Below are positions 1-11,570 of a stretch of 64,000 nt of DNA, piece after piece. This DNA is from Ylistrum balloti. Taxonomy: Eukaryota. The stretch lies in assembly GCF_031769215.1 (NCBI RefSeq), contig NW_026782016.1:1488001-1552000 (forward strand). The letters run 5' to 3'. Made by a program: the position numbers and the translations under genes. The first letter of the stretch is position 1. Each line of letters begins with the position of its first letter. The notes under the pieces were generated by a model, which was not told where the DNA came from, did not search any database, and saw only the letters and a program-made list of their open reading frames with translations.

Positions 1-229
1 ATACACCGTATATGCACGTAAAGTACATACATTGAAAGTTAAAGGTATGCTATGCACATTGATAATTAACAATTCCCGAAAGTCCCTGACCTAAAAGTAT
101 CCTAATCATGATAGTTACTGTACTGTTTCAAGTTTTATTACAACTTTAAGCCTTAGGCCCATCCGTACATATTACATCTACATTACATGATACAATGTAG
201 AATATAAAAACTATTGTTACACATTCTAT

Positions 230-1010
230 ATATAATAAGAACTTTAAAAATAAATTTACCTAACATACAAAGTTGTTTAATATTGTGGATACTCAATAAT
301 TAACTAACTTAAAAACTGAAGGTTTTCTCAAATAATATCTCTTCATAAGAGGAGCTCGACTGACCTGGAATTGTATATATATTAGTAAAAAATGGGATTT
401 ATTCTTAAATTCAGTAACAGAGTTACACTGTTTTACAATACCTCCGTGTCCTTGGAATATTTTTTATATCTCCCTGTCTCTATGGCAAGAGAATTACATG
501 GCGAACGAATTCTAGTCAAACATATACAGTAGTTCATTGGTATGTAAAAGTTTGATCTACAAGGTATTTATACATAAATCAATTCGGTGAATTTTCCAAT
601 GAAGCCATGATTAATTGCTTTACCTGATCAAATATTCTCTGCTTAATCTCCAACAATATAAGTTTGGTCGAGTGACACTATTAGAAATTATCGTTATATA
701 GTTAAAAACTAAATTATTGAATTCTTCTTTAACAGAAGTGACCCGGTTGAAAACATTTCTGTTACACAGGTTTAACAGAAAATTATATGATTTGAAAGTA
801 TACGCTGACAGTTTGAAGTACGCTATGCCTAATGACAAGAGAACAATTTCTGTCAGTCCCCGTCCTGTTGAAAATACCGTAATTATGGCAATTACAGTAC
901 TGTAATTACTGAACATATTCAATTCTTGAAGAAAAAAAAAGTTGAAATCTTTTTGGAATTTACGCACCGAATGTTGAAGGTATATGTCCTTTGCTGTGAA
1001 TTCAAACTTC
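230..1010 (-). mobile_element. Degenerate RTEX-like LINE, 3' fragment (ORF2 C-terminus)
   Basis: Frame-hopping minus-strand translation gives AKDI..H..KF.K, TVFSTGR (ELGR-like), SVKEEFNNLVFNYI, EIKQRIFDQVKQ, SLAIETGRYK.IPR.RRYC and RKPSVFKLV.LLS..N...LC.LGKF. These are collinear with the RTEX copies at 25.5-28.5 kb. Confidence 0.8.
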
Positions 1011-2323
1011 TGGAGAAACATGAAACGAAAATCTTAAGAAAATTTTTTTTTTATTTCGGATTGGCTTAATGCTTACACGCTTACATGCAACGAAACTGCA
1101 GTTGTACTGTATACAACTCTATTGAGATTTGCACACTACTCATTTTTAAAGGACTGTGAATTGAATGTGGCTAAACTTGTCAGGTAAAGTGTGCACGTGT
1201 ACATCAATATGTATGCATATATACATATACATGACTGTTTCACCACGAGAAAAGTAGACTCGGTTGTCGATTACGGATAATTTACCACATATAATATTTT
1301 TCGGACTGAAATGTTTTACAAACACTGCTGTTATTTATCTGTGCATTGTGCAGTACAAAAGATGCAATAGGGTTTTTAATCTCTCGTTTTTATTCATGAA
1401 AACAGAGACGTAACTGTCCATGGACAAAAGATATGATTTTGACTACGTGATTCCCTCGTCATATTACCTTTCGTGATATCTTATTCTTCTTATCAATAAA
1501 AACAAAATATAATCAAATGCGGTATTTTAACTGGACCAATTGTCGTCAACTAAGAAATGTTTTACAAGGCGTATTCATGCGTTATATTTTAGTGTTAATA
1601 CGATCGACAAATTCTAAAGGTAATTGCAGTGTAGAAAGGTTTTTTTAGATACCTGAAATATAGACTAGACAATCTTCTATCCTCTTACTTACGGGTTTGA
1701 AAGCGCGAGAAAACAAAACCTTTAAAAACTCATAAATTTTCGTCCATTTTTTCGCTAAAAGAAACACATGCGCACAGAGTTTGATGATGAATTTTAGGTA
1801 AAAAATCCAATTTGAAGTATATTTCACTGACTATGAACTGTCACGGATTGTAACCCACAATACTGCTTTATTCCGTGCAGTATCGCAAGCTGTCGGCCGT
1901 ATATCACTAAGATACTTATAACTCGATCGGTCATTTTGTCACATTTCAAATTGACTATTCATATACTGTTGTATTAAAATCATTTGAACAACATATTCTC
2001 CGGTGTCAAGGACTTTATCAATCCTGTTGTTAAATAGATTTCTAAATCAGAAGACGCCCTCTTGTCATTATAAAACACAATACGTGAACCGTCGGCGATC
2101 GTACAGAATTGAAATCGTCATAATTGGCCGATTTTCCCAATATCAAACTGGCTCAAACAATATGTAATTTTACGTCGATGTGCTATCTTTGAGTGCTGAA
2201 TCTGTTCAGCTGTATTCCAATTAAAACCGATATGGGGCTGCTGCACCTCCCCGTCTAGATTTTGACTTTTCATTTGATCATTTTGGGTTTTCCTCAGTAG
2301 CTTCTTCGGCTACAAAAATTTAG

Positions 2324-2453
2324 GCCCTAGGCATCACTGAAGAGTCCTAGAAGGATGAAACAGCTGTATGATGAAGTTTAATCTGTTGTTTGGTTCTACT
2401 GTATCTAATTCTAAATTATTAAAAGGTGCTATTCACTTGTGTGTCTCTTGTAC
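2324..2453 (+). repeat. Dispersed repeat fragment, copy 1 (related to 16053-16185)
   Basis: gccctaggcatcactgaagagtcctagaaggat...gctattcacttgtgtgtctcttgtac is collinear over ~130 bp with the 16 kb copy. Confidence 0.6.
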
Positions 2454-3518
2454 AATCATGTATAGGAATTTCCGTGTAGACGAAGCTTCTAAGTAAAATG
2501 TCTTGTCGAGATGTTACGTTGTACATACATGTTTAATTCTACGTGACGTGACGTCATCAATTTGTAATTTCCGGCTAAAATTCTACAATATTTACGTGGT
2601 TGTATACCTCTTTTGAACAACCGTATCTCAAAAAAATTGAAGATATCCAAGGAGTATTCGGATTAAAAAATCATAAAAATATGACATTTGGCCAAACAAG
2701 GCTTATCCTACCAATTCCTTTCCGGATGATGAATATTTTTTAGAATAATGTTGAACATACTATTCTTGCAATATCTCTATAACTAACAAAGGTTAAATCG
2801 TCAAAAAGAACCAAAGACATCAGTCAGCACTACTTTCTCGACACACATGAATTAAACAGATGTAGACTTGATTCGACAAAACAATCCAAATGCAACTGTT
2901 GAAGTCCGTAAGGTTCAAGACTTTCTTAGCTAAGTAGCAGCCGCCATGATATTTCCAACCACCTCCTAACACATTTCCTTAACACGTAACCTACACCACT
3001 GTCTACCGGCATCATAAACGACATTAGCCGATTTCAATAGGCCCAAAAAGCGGGTAAACCGAAACCACGTCGTCAGTTCATTCCTTCAATTGAATTTTTA
3101 AAGAAATCTTGAGCAAAAATGACAAAAAGGTGGGAATATATCTGTAATTATCAATTAACTTTCCAATATATCACATCCATAGGTCTTTACTGGCCTAATG
3201 AAATTACGACCAAACTGTCAGCCATTATTGCTAAAATAACCACAATTTTGTACATTACAATGAACCCACGGAGGACATATATGTATATGAAGACATTTTT
3301 GAGGCTTCATCAGAGAACAAATACTGTCAATGAAAAGTAAAGATTTCTTAATTAGCTACCCGTCTAACGACTCAAGATATTGAATTAAATCTAAATATCT
3401 GTTAAATTTGTATCGATAAATCAAAGTTTTCCTATCTAGTCCCTTTCTTATTACCACCACTTTTGTCGAAATGGACACGATACAAAAATAAGGCAACGTC
3501 TATGTGATTTGGAAACGT

Positions 3519-4432
3519 TTATGTATATTTAGATGCTACATCAAATTGATTGCATACGTCATTAAGTAAAATATACCATTTGAGTAATTTGGGTATAGGT
3601 AGTTCCTGAGTTTGCTTGTGTAAAGCGCCATTTTGCTTCAACAACAATGTTTTACGTATAACATGCCGACATTGCACTTTTAGACTAGGGGGATTGGTCA
3701 GTTCGTGTTCCAGACTGCGTTCAAGAGTTCGTTCTATGTCCTGATGTTTGCAACACATCTTGGCAACATTTCTAAATCGCAGATCAATTTGAATTAAGGC
3801 TTTCAATTTGTCACAGTTCGCCATCTTTGAGAAGCTCACTATATCAAAAGGGTGTATATCAGCACCGTATTTCATCATCATAACACACTGAGGTAGAGTT
3901 CCTTTCGTTATGCTGTAGAAACCGACAGAACGTTGATGGATGTCTAAAGTATTGACATCAGCACCATGACGAATAAGAAGTTCCAAAATAGAAATATCAT
4001 CATTGTTATTAATATCGTCACGTAAATCAAACTCATTATACAAACTGAATGGGGACTGATTACGACTAACATCATCCAAACGTATCTGATCCTTAGGCAC
4101 TTTATCGTTTTTATCGTCATTAAAAATACTTTTGCTTGCCTCCGCCTGTATTCCATGACTAAGTGCATACAGAAGGGGCGTCTGGTGAAAGGCATCTGTA
4201 ACGTTAGAATTAGCACCTCGCTGAAGTAAGAACAACACGACGTCCCGTCTTCCAGCGTAACAAGCGAGGATTAAAGGTGTCTTTTCTTTGGCTGTGCTCA
4301 TGTCAATCATTTCCGGGTTAAAGTCACACAGCAATCGTACTACATCCATGTGACCCTGGAATACTGCGATGTGAAGCGGGGAGAAGCCGTTGTTGCTAGA
4401 ATCAGTGCGTATTGCGATAGATGTGTCAGCAC
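3519..4432 (-). CDS. ASB-like last coding exon (ankyrin repeats plus SOCS box)
   Basis: Acceptor gtttacAG at 4433. Reads GADTSIAIRTDSSNNGFSPLHIAVFQGHMDVVRLL... through to the stop at 3519. Confidence 0.95.
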
Positions 4433-7400
4433 CTGTAAACGTAAAGAAATGTCGTCAGTTTAAGGCAGTGAGTTCAACATAACCGATTGGTTCTTAACAA
4501 GTTATTCTGACATCCTCGATACTCCAAGGGTTACAATCACTTCCGTTCTTTGCACCCCTTGAACATGATATGGCAAAATTGAAATAAAAAACAACTGACC
4601 AATCACAGGCTGATAAACGATTACCATGTATCGTTATGCGACCTCGCAATTCGAGAGCGAAAGTGATCTTATTCCTTGAAGTATCGAGGGTGGTTATTTG
4701 ATCGTATTAAGTATTGTTTGGGTAACTTGAGGACCGGATAATTTGTTTTTGATGTATTGATAAAAACAAATCAGTGAATTACTTTTATATTGCCCATGTT
4801 ATACCAGAAATATGTATTATTTACCTGCCACTAGCAGCCTCTTGACTATGTCTGTGTGACCGTGTTTACAAGCGGTGTATAGAGGAGTCACCCTATCCTC
4901 GTCCACACTGTCGATTTTCGCACCTCTCCAAAGCAACATGGCTGTCATTTGGTCGTTACCGTTAAACGCGGCGTAATGCAGAGCTGTCCGCCTGTGAAAG
5001 TATGGACATGTTCATAGAAATATGCCTATTTCATCCATGACTGCTTAATAGGTTTAAGTTCATTTGACAAAAATGTTTTCAGTAAGACTTTTCGTGTCTG
5101 TATCTAAGTAACTAGGTATTTTTTTTTTAATGCGTGGTAATGATAGAGAGCGCAATCTGTGATAATGATACTATAAATACTCATCAATACTGACGCTTGC
5201 CCAAATATGGCGAACATCTTTCCGGTTGAGACAGATGTTCGGCATTCACATTGAAGAAAGTTATTATAACGATTTTCTGAAATGTATCATCGCTTTATGT
5301 TAAACCGAAATTCATGACCTAATATCCAGTATGTGCATAAAAAACATATTATCCCCGTAATAATATTGATATAGAAAAGTACGTGGTATTTAAATGGCAG
5401 AATACATAGTTTTATATTTTGTGGTGAATTATGTGGTACTGAAACATACCACAAAGTACTCTGAGAAGGGAATATTGTATAGTTACATACCCCTGTGTAT
5501 CCGCCCGGTTGACGTCATTCGAAGGGTGCTGACATAACAATGTCGCTACTGCGTCATGTGATTCTCTGGCTGCCATTATCAGTGGCGTGGTGTGGCTGTT
5601 TCTGTAGTATATAACAATTTGTACATTTAGTATTCTACTGACTTTAACTAAATACATTATAATGTACATAAAATATAATCTTCTCTTTGTTAAGTGTGAG
5701 TTTCGCTGCTTGTCGATCGTTCAACTATCATAATACATGTACATATTTTCAGTATACAATACTTATATTGATTTATCATACAAAATATTGTTATATACCT
5801 ATGTTACCAGGCACAACGTGTGGGATTAGTCATTTCTAAAATTACTCAATCTTATATTTAAAAAATATCAATATCACATTCCCTGTACAGAACAATGCAA
5901 CCAGACACGAAGTGTTTTAACAAATTGTGAATCCCGTGGCGTTTTTGAACTTGAGACTCATGCAACACACAAGTAGAAAAAATAAGTTTTCCTAACTTTA
6001 TTTCATTTTCTCCAAATACATATTACGAATATTCCTTTGCCTTCATATCCAGTGCAAAGCGTTTATTATATCGAAATTCCAAACTTAATGTGTTCTTTGG
6101 AATGAAACAACAGATTTACAACATCAGAGACATTGGTGTTATCGCATGAAAGTATCAACATTATCACAGCTTGTAATGTGTACCAATATACATTTAGGCA
6201 AGAGATCTACTGTTTCTAGTATGTAATACACGACACGTAGGCAATACTGATCTACATTTCCACGATTTAACATCGCTAGTATTCAAATGTATGAGATTAT
6301 TCAGTACTTATTGATGCATCAAGGTATACTAACAGTTGAGGGATGCAGTTATCTCCCGATGGCAAAGCGACATCCACATTTGGGTGTCGTAGAAGAAGTT
6401 TTAACATGTCGTGTTTACCCTCGGCCGCCATTTTCCATACTGTTGTCATACCGTACTGGTTAGTTCTGTTTACATCTACTCCACACGACAGTAATTCGAG
6501 AACAATGTCAACATGACCAAGCTTACACGCAAGGTGAAGTGGGCTGTCTGCAAATAAAAATTTATGAAATCACCACACATATTTCTTAATCGTTATTTCA
6601 ACGTTAGCATGTGTATAAAAACGTGTTTATCGAACACCAACACACGTGGTTCTTAACTGAATTATTACATCAACACGTGTAGTAAAGTTTGTGTATCTAA
6701 TATCACCTCGCGTACTTTTTTATAGGAATTTTCACATCAACACGTGTATCAATTTGTTTCTATAAGTCACCACACGTACATTTGTAATGGAATTGTTACA
6801 TCAAAAAGTGCATCATAGGATTTTCTTACACAAAATGTTGTATCATAACTTGCATCAGTAAGTTTCGTTCACTTTACGGTACTGAGAGATGTCATTAGAC
6901 ACAGCAAAATATGTCTTTCTGCTAGCAGTAATATAAATCGTTTGGATTTGAACGTCATCAGTCGCACATGTATCCAAGTTGATTAGACAAACACTGTGAA
7001 TGAAACGTTAGGTCTTCCCTTTAACTGTCCATGCTTCAGAGATGAGTTCTATTTTTGATGAACACGCATTTCACTGACCGCATACTGACGTTTTAAAACG
7101 TAAAACGCATACATTCACAGCGTATATGACAACAGCGACATGATACCTGTAGGACTTGACACTAATATTGATCACCGTCATACTAGTCATCGAAAGACGA
7201 GAAAGCGTGATTCACATTAATCCTCATTGATTTTGAGGAGACATACTAATATATATTTACTTGTTGCTATGGCTACGAGTCTTACATGAGGCAGTTACTA
7301 CATACTATGTCCGTCCACTGAAGCATGACGATTCATTACAGCCGTCACCATAACGCCATCTTGTTTCAGATGTGGACTTCTTTTTACCGATTATAGCGGC

Positions 7401-10400
7401 ATCAAGTATTGATCTACAATCTCCAAAGCAATGCCACGCTACCCAGAGCGATCCATCCAAAAACGGGTTCAATGGTTGAGATGTATAAGGCCATTTCTTG
7501 CAAATATTGTATACCACTTATATCAATGGTTTGTTAGTCGTAGCAGTTGTCAAAGAAAATTGTTTGTACTTCTGGCCCCACTTGTATAAAACATCTCAAC
7601 TTGAGATTTCCTCATGTCGAGATTTTCCTTTGCTGATATCTCCTCAAAAACGGCTTGTATAAAATTTTTCTCGAGGAACAGGAGGAAGTCCTCGGCTAGG
7701 ATGTCCTGAAATTCCTTGAGGAATTTTCATACAAGATATTTTCAAGGAGATATTAGCTGAGGAAAATCCGGGCTTGAGGAAATCTGAAATTGAGATATTT
7801 TATACAAGTGGGGCCTGGGTATCAACTGAAGCGTGTCATTGAATATATTTTGTGAATTTTACATCTGTTGATAATATGTTAATGAAGTTCCCTTAAAACT
7901 AAGATGGCTCCAACAAATGTCTTACCATCTTTTTTTCATATCATTCTTTACGACATCGATATCCTAATCTAACTTTAGATCTTTGGTTCAATTTATGACC
8001 CATCACATAAAGACGTGTTATCGTTATATTGTCTACGTGTTTTTGATTTGACTTACCGATTTCATACATTGTGCTTGGCATCAAGTTGGCAACAACAGAG
8101 TCTGTGAACAAACAACAAAGAGATAAAAGAAGTTCAGTTATCATTGAATACTTCCAGTTTTACTCCAAATCAAAAGTGTTAGTTGTTGTGTTGATAACAA
8201 CAGACTGTTATGAATGATTGTAATGTTCTGGACAGTAATTCGTGATAGGGAATCTTAAAGTATTGACTTGTTCTCCAGGCTGTATTGGTCATCTTAGTGA
8301 TATGAATTTGATTTCCAGACAGTTAAAGGTCACCTTGATATCATCATGTTTCCCAGACAATTAATGGGTATCTCAATGTTATAATTTAGTTTTCCAGAAA
8401 ATAAATTGTTACCTAGGTAAGATTTTTTCTTGACAATATTTATTTTACCTCGATAATATCATCATGTTTTCCTGATAGTTAACGGTTACCTCGATATCAT
8501 TATTTAGTTTTCCCAGACACTAAAGTGTGACCTCAATCATATTATGTAATAGGATAGTCATGCGTCAATGACGGTCATCAGTACTTAACGGTTACGGTTG
8601 GATGGTATTGATTTATCATGCTTCATATCCTACCAGCTGAATCGTGTCATGACACATTCAAGAAATATTTCTAACTACTAGTCATAATCTCTATAACTGA
8701 GCATCCATCATCTATATATTTAAAACAAGGTGTTATCGATCCGTTGATCTCAACAGAAAGTCATCTAGATACATTAAATATCTTAGGTGGTTCAAGACTT
8801 TTTCATAATTCAAACTTTTCTTTCCACAACATCATATGTGCACTTGCTGTCACAGTTATCAGGCATACAAAAGCATGATACATACCAACGATCCGAATAA
8901 TGTATATCATCATATTTCATTCTGACTTGAGCTTTGCATGCATTTCTTAAAGCTGGGTTGGGGATTTGTTGATATTTTCAACATAAAATAACACACTTAT
9001 CCTGGAATTTTCCCTTACAACAACCTATACATTGTTTTCAATACGAAAACAATTGTTTATTTCTGATAACTGGCGTACTTTAAATATAAATGCATTGAAC
9101 ACATAGTTGTTATCAAGCATCCATCAATATAAATGTAGATGACTCGTTTGTAAATTATTAATTTCCTAACAATATAAAGGTTTGCAATACTATATAAGTA
9201 TCTTTAGACAGATGGCTCGTATATAGCCTTTGTCAGCTGCCCCAAATCCAGTGAATCAAATTTAGTTAGTAAAATATTTTTTGAAATTAAATTACCCATA
9301 AGCGACCTTCGACCTGAGAGTACATGTAAACAAAATAAGAAAATACAATTCTTTTAACATTCTTGAGGCTAACTAGTGTTTACCGTATTTACCTACCATA
9401 AACTATGAATATCCTTATAGTACAGCTACACAAAGAAAGCATTTCTGGTTGAACAATGTAAACATGAGTGGATCTCATTTCCATCATTGAAAGATGCCTT
9501 GAGCGTATTGTTCTGACGTGTCACCCTTTAAGGTTGTGCCAACCGTATGACTGTGCGTCAAGTCAGTTCAATTCAGTTCAAGTGCGAGTCCATAATTGTA
9601 TGGGATCAACATTTAGTCCAGTCGTTATACACGGTGTGCAATATCCATTATTTGTACGCTAAATTATGAACAGGAGGTCATGATTCTCGAAGAGTCGGTA
9701 TATTGATTTCCTTAAGAAATACGTCCATTACTGAACCCAGAATGCCAATGATGTGAGAGAATACACAGAAACTAATATCTAATTGATTTACTTCAAATAT
9801 ATCTTTTCGTGATTCATTTGTTTTCTACTAAAATTTAAATGATACAAAACCTAGGCGTCGACCAGAAACGCACGCGTTTGTATAACCTTCTTAATGCATG
9901 TTGTCTTAACATTTTACCTAAAAGCAAGCCAGAATAAAGTGGTCTAATTATTTGTATTTTGTAATCATTTTATCAAGGAAATTCGTATCTTCTTTCGCGG
10001 ACTTGAATTGTCCGTGCTTCTTTTAATTAGGTATTTGTCATTTAAGATAAGCGTAACACACAACGTTTAATACTCACAGAAGTTTTAACAACTAGTTTAA
10101 AACATACCATTGATCCTACCGATATTGACATCACTTCCGCAGTTGATTAACAATTTGACTACGTTCACGTGACCACCTTCCACAGCATTATACAAGAGCG
10201 ATGTAGAATCAACCGGCTTGTTTATCTGCCAACACGTAAACAAAATAATGTATGTTTCCGTCAGTGTTGCCACCCTTTAAGTAGTATATAATATAAATCA
10301 ATCAATCAATAAATCAATAAATGAATCAATCAAATATCATTATTTTATACACAATTAGTACCGATCCACTCCTAGTCGGGAAACTTCATATTTGAAAAAA

Positions 10401-10597
10401 AGTCCACATAAACATTATGAAGCTTGAAATATTGTTTTTAAAAGTCCTCTTTTCAATCAATTTTTTCCTTGTTTAAATGTGACCATTTTCACCTTAAGGC
10501 CTGTGCTGAGGAGCTCTTCAATGTCATCTAGGTCTCCACGTTGGATGGCGAGGATCAGCTTATTGTAGTCCTCCTTTCGACTGGCACTCAAGCCCAT
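3519..10597 (-). CDS. Ankyrin repeat and SOCS box-containing (ASB-like) protein, spliced gene: join 10597-10493, 10225-10108, [8101-8056 region optional], 6547-6334, 5601-5491, 4991-4825, 4432-3519; about 542 aa
   Basis: All introns are GT-AG with matching phases (0,1,2,2,1). Multiple ankyrin repeats (SPLHLAC, TPLIMAA, TALHYAA, TPLYTAC, SPLHIAV, TPLILAC, TPLLYAL) and a C-terminal SOCS box (PPSLKVQCRHVIRKTL...LPIPKLLKWYIL). Confidence 0.9.
4514..4689. mobile_element. MITE (~176 bp) in an ASB intron
   Basis: Left end cctcgatactccaagggttacaatcactt; right end reverse complement cctcgatacttcaaggaataagatcactt. Related to the element at 47462-47786. Confidence 0.7.
4825..4991 (-). CDS. ASB-like internal exon
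   Basis: RTALHYAAFNGNDQMTAMLLWRGAKIDSVDEDRVTPLYTACKHGHTDIVKRLLVA. Acceptor ctttcacAG, donor GTAA, 167 nt, phases fit. Confidence 0.95.
5491..5601 (-). CDS. ASB-like internal exon
   Basis: NSHTTPLIMAARESHDAVATLLCQHPSNDVNRADTQG. Acceptor actacAG, donor GTATG, 111 nt. Confidence 0.9.
6334..6547 (-). CDS. ASB-like internal exon
   Basis: DSPLHLACKLGHVDIVLELLSCGVDVNRTNQYGMTTVWKMAAEGKHDMLKLLLRHPNVDV... Acceptor tttttatttgcAG. Donor GTTAGT was chosen because it restores phase, so the 3' boundary is less certain. Confidence 0.85.
6570..6830. repeat. Degenerate ~65-70 bp tandem repeat containing CACGTG
   Basis: Recurrent (a)catcaacacgtgt and tcaccacacgta blocks. Confidence 0.45.
7575..7814. mobile_element. 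Palindromic MITE, PIF/Harbinger-like (240 bp)
   Basis: ~40-bp TIRs gccccacttgtataaaa(c/t)atctcaa...gatttcctca, flanked by CTG on both sides (7572-7574 and 7815-7817) as a candidate 3-bp TSD. A second, internal inverted pair is also present. Confidence 0.75.
8056..8101 (-). CDS. Candidate ~45-nt in-frame cassette exon of the ASB-like gene
   Basis: tttgttcacAG acceptor and GTAAGT donor. Reads (D)SVVANLMPSTMYEI in phase 1/1, and the other two frames contain stops. Boundaries are good to about 1 nt. Confidence 0.5.
8300..8545. repeat. Degenerate ~40-bp minisatellite
   Basis: Recurrent ttt(c)ccagacagttaa.ggtcacct(c/t)gatatcat units. Confidence 0.5.
10108..10225 (-). CDS. ASB-like second coding exon
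   Basis: INKPVDSTSLLYNAVEGGHVNVVKLLINCGSDVNIGRIN. Acceptor gttggcAG, donor GTATGT, 118 nt, phase 0/1. Confidence 0.9.
10493..10597 (-). CDS. ASB-like first coding exon
   Basis: MGLSASRKEDYNKLILAIQRGDLDDIEELLSTGLK. Donor GTGAAA. An acceptor 12 nt upstream of the ATG (exon starts at 10609) implies upstream UTR exon(s). Confidence 0.85.
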
Positions 10598-10739
10598 TCT
10601 CTTCTCTCCCTGCAATATTCATGCAGGTAATACGGCCATGATTTAAACCAAAGTATGCCTTGTGTCATATATTGATTATAATCGGTTGTAAATTAGTGTA
10701 TAGATACAGAGTGGGTTACAACCGACATTGATAGAATGT

Positions 10740-11570
10740 GCATTAATGATAATATAATGATTCATTGAATACTTCCACAGAGAGTTAACTACACTGAGGA
10801 CACATTTACGATATAGTAGTTGGAACACTGGGCTTATGAAGCCATTAAGGAATACGGGTGCTGTATTTTCTTTTCTTTGATTTGAAGATAGCATAATACA
10901 GAATAATGATACAGTGACATAAATATAACACAACAAAGCATGTTCATTCACAGTGATAAGTGATATTGAGGCCTTGCGCCATTAAACACAAAATCAGCTC
11001 ACTCTTTCTCAAATTTACCTTTGTACAAGTAAAAAATGATTTAATCACTTAAATGAGAAAACTTGGTCAAATGTTTCATATGTTTACCAGTTTGGGACTT
11101 TGTTTTGAACACTTCAAAAAAAAACATGCACTATCATTGTATTTTTTCAGAGTCTTGAGTCAGGCTTCAATACAGTATGCCCTATGAAATTGCTTGGACT
11201 TGAAATAAATTCCAAATGATATTTAGCATACAACCTATGAAAAAGCAGCATCATCAGTGCGTGAAATAACAGAAAATATTGAAAACCATCCAACTGTAAA
11301 ACCCGGAATGCTTTCATGTGCGACAGTGAATTGAACTGATCCTACCTTAATAACGGCTGAAGAATGACTAGGTCATTGAGTCCAGTGTTTTGGCATCTAT
11401 TATATCCATCGACCAGGTGTAATCTGCAATACCAGTAAGATTTAAGTGTTAGCAGTTTGATCTCTCCGGGAGTTCATACACAGCCATAGAGTCATTCGCA
11501 TACTCAACCATGACTGTATCGTTGACGAGCTCACACATATCAGTGACCAAGTCTGATCAAAATTTAACAT
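10740..11570. mobile_element. Scrambled CR1/L2-like LINE relics
   Basis: Minus strand: LYRKCVLSVVNSLW (RT C-terminus-like) and DMCELVNDTVMVEYANDS (YADD-region-like). Plus strand: KLLGLEINSK (LG.xIDS-like). Confidence 0.35.

Noticed and set aside
620-1021. Exon of a multi-pass membrane or chemoreceptor gene
   Set aside because: It has plausible splice sites, but motifs across frames match the RTEX ORF2 C-terminus (SLAIETGRY, KPSVFKL), so it is a LINE relic.
2640-3100. Transposase or pseudogene remnant
   Set aside because: Short open stretches with many stops and no recognisable motif.
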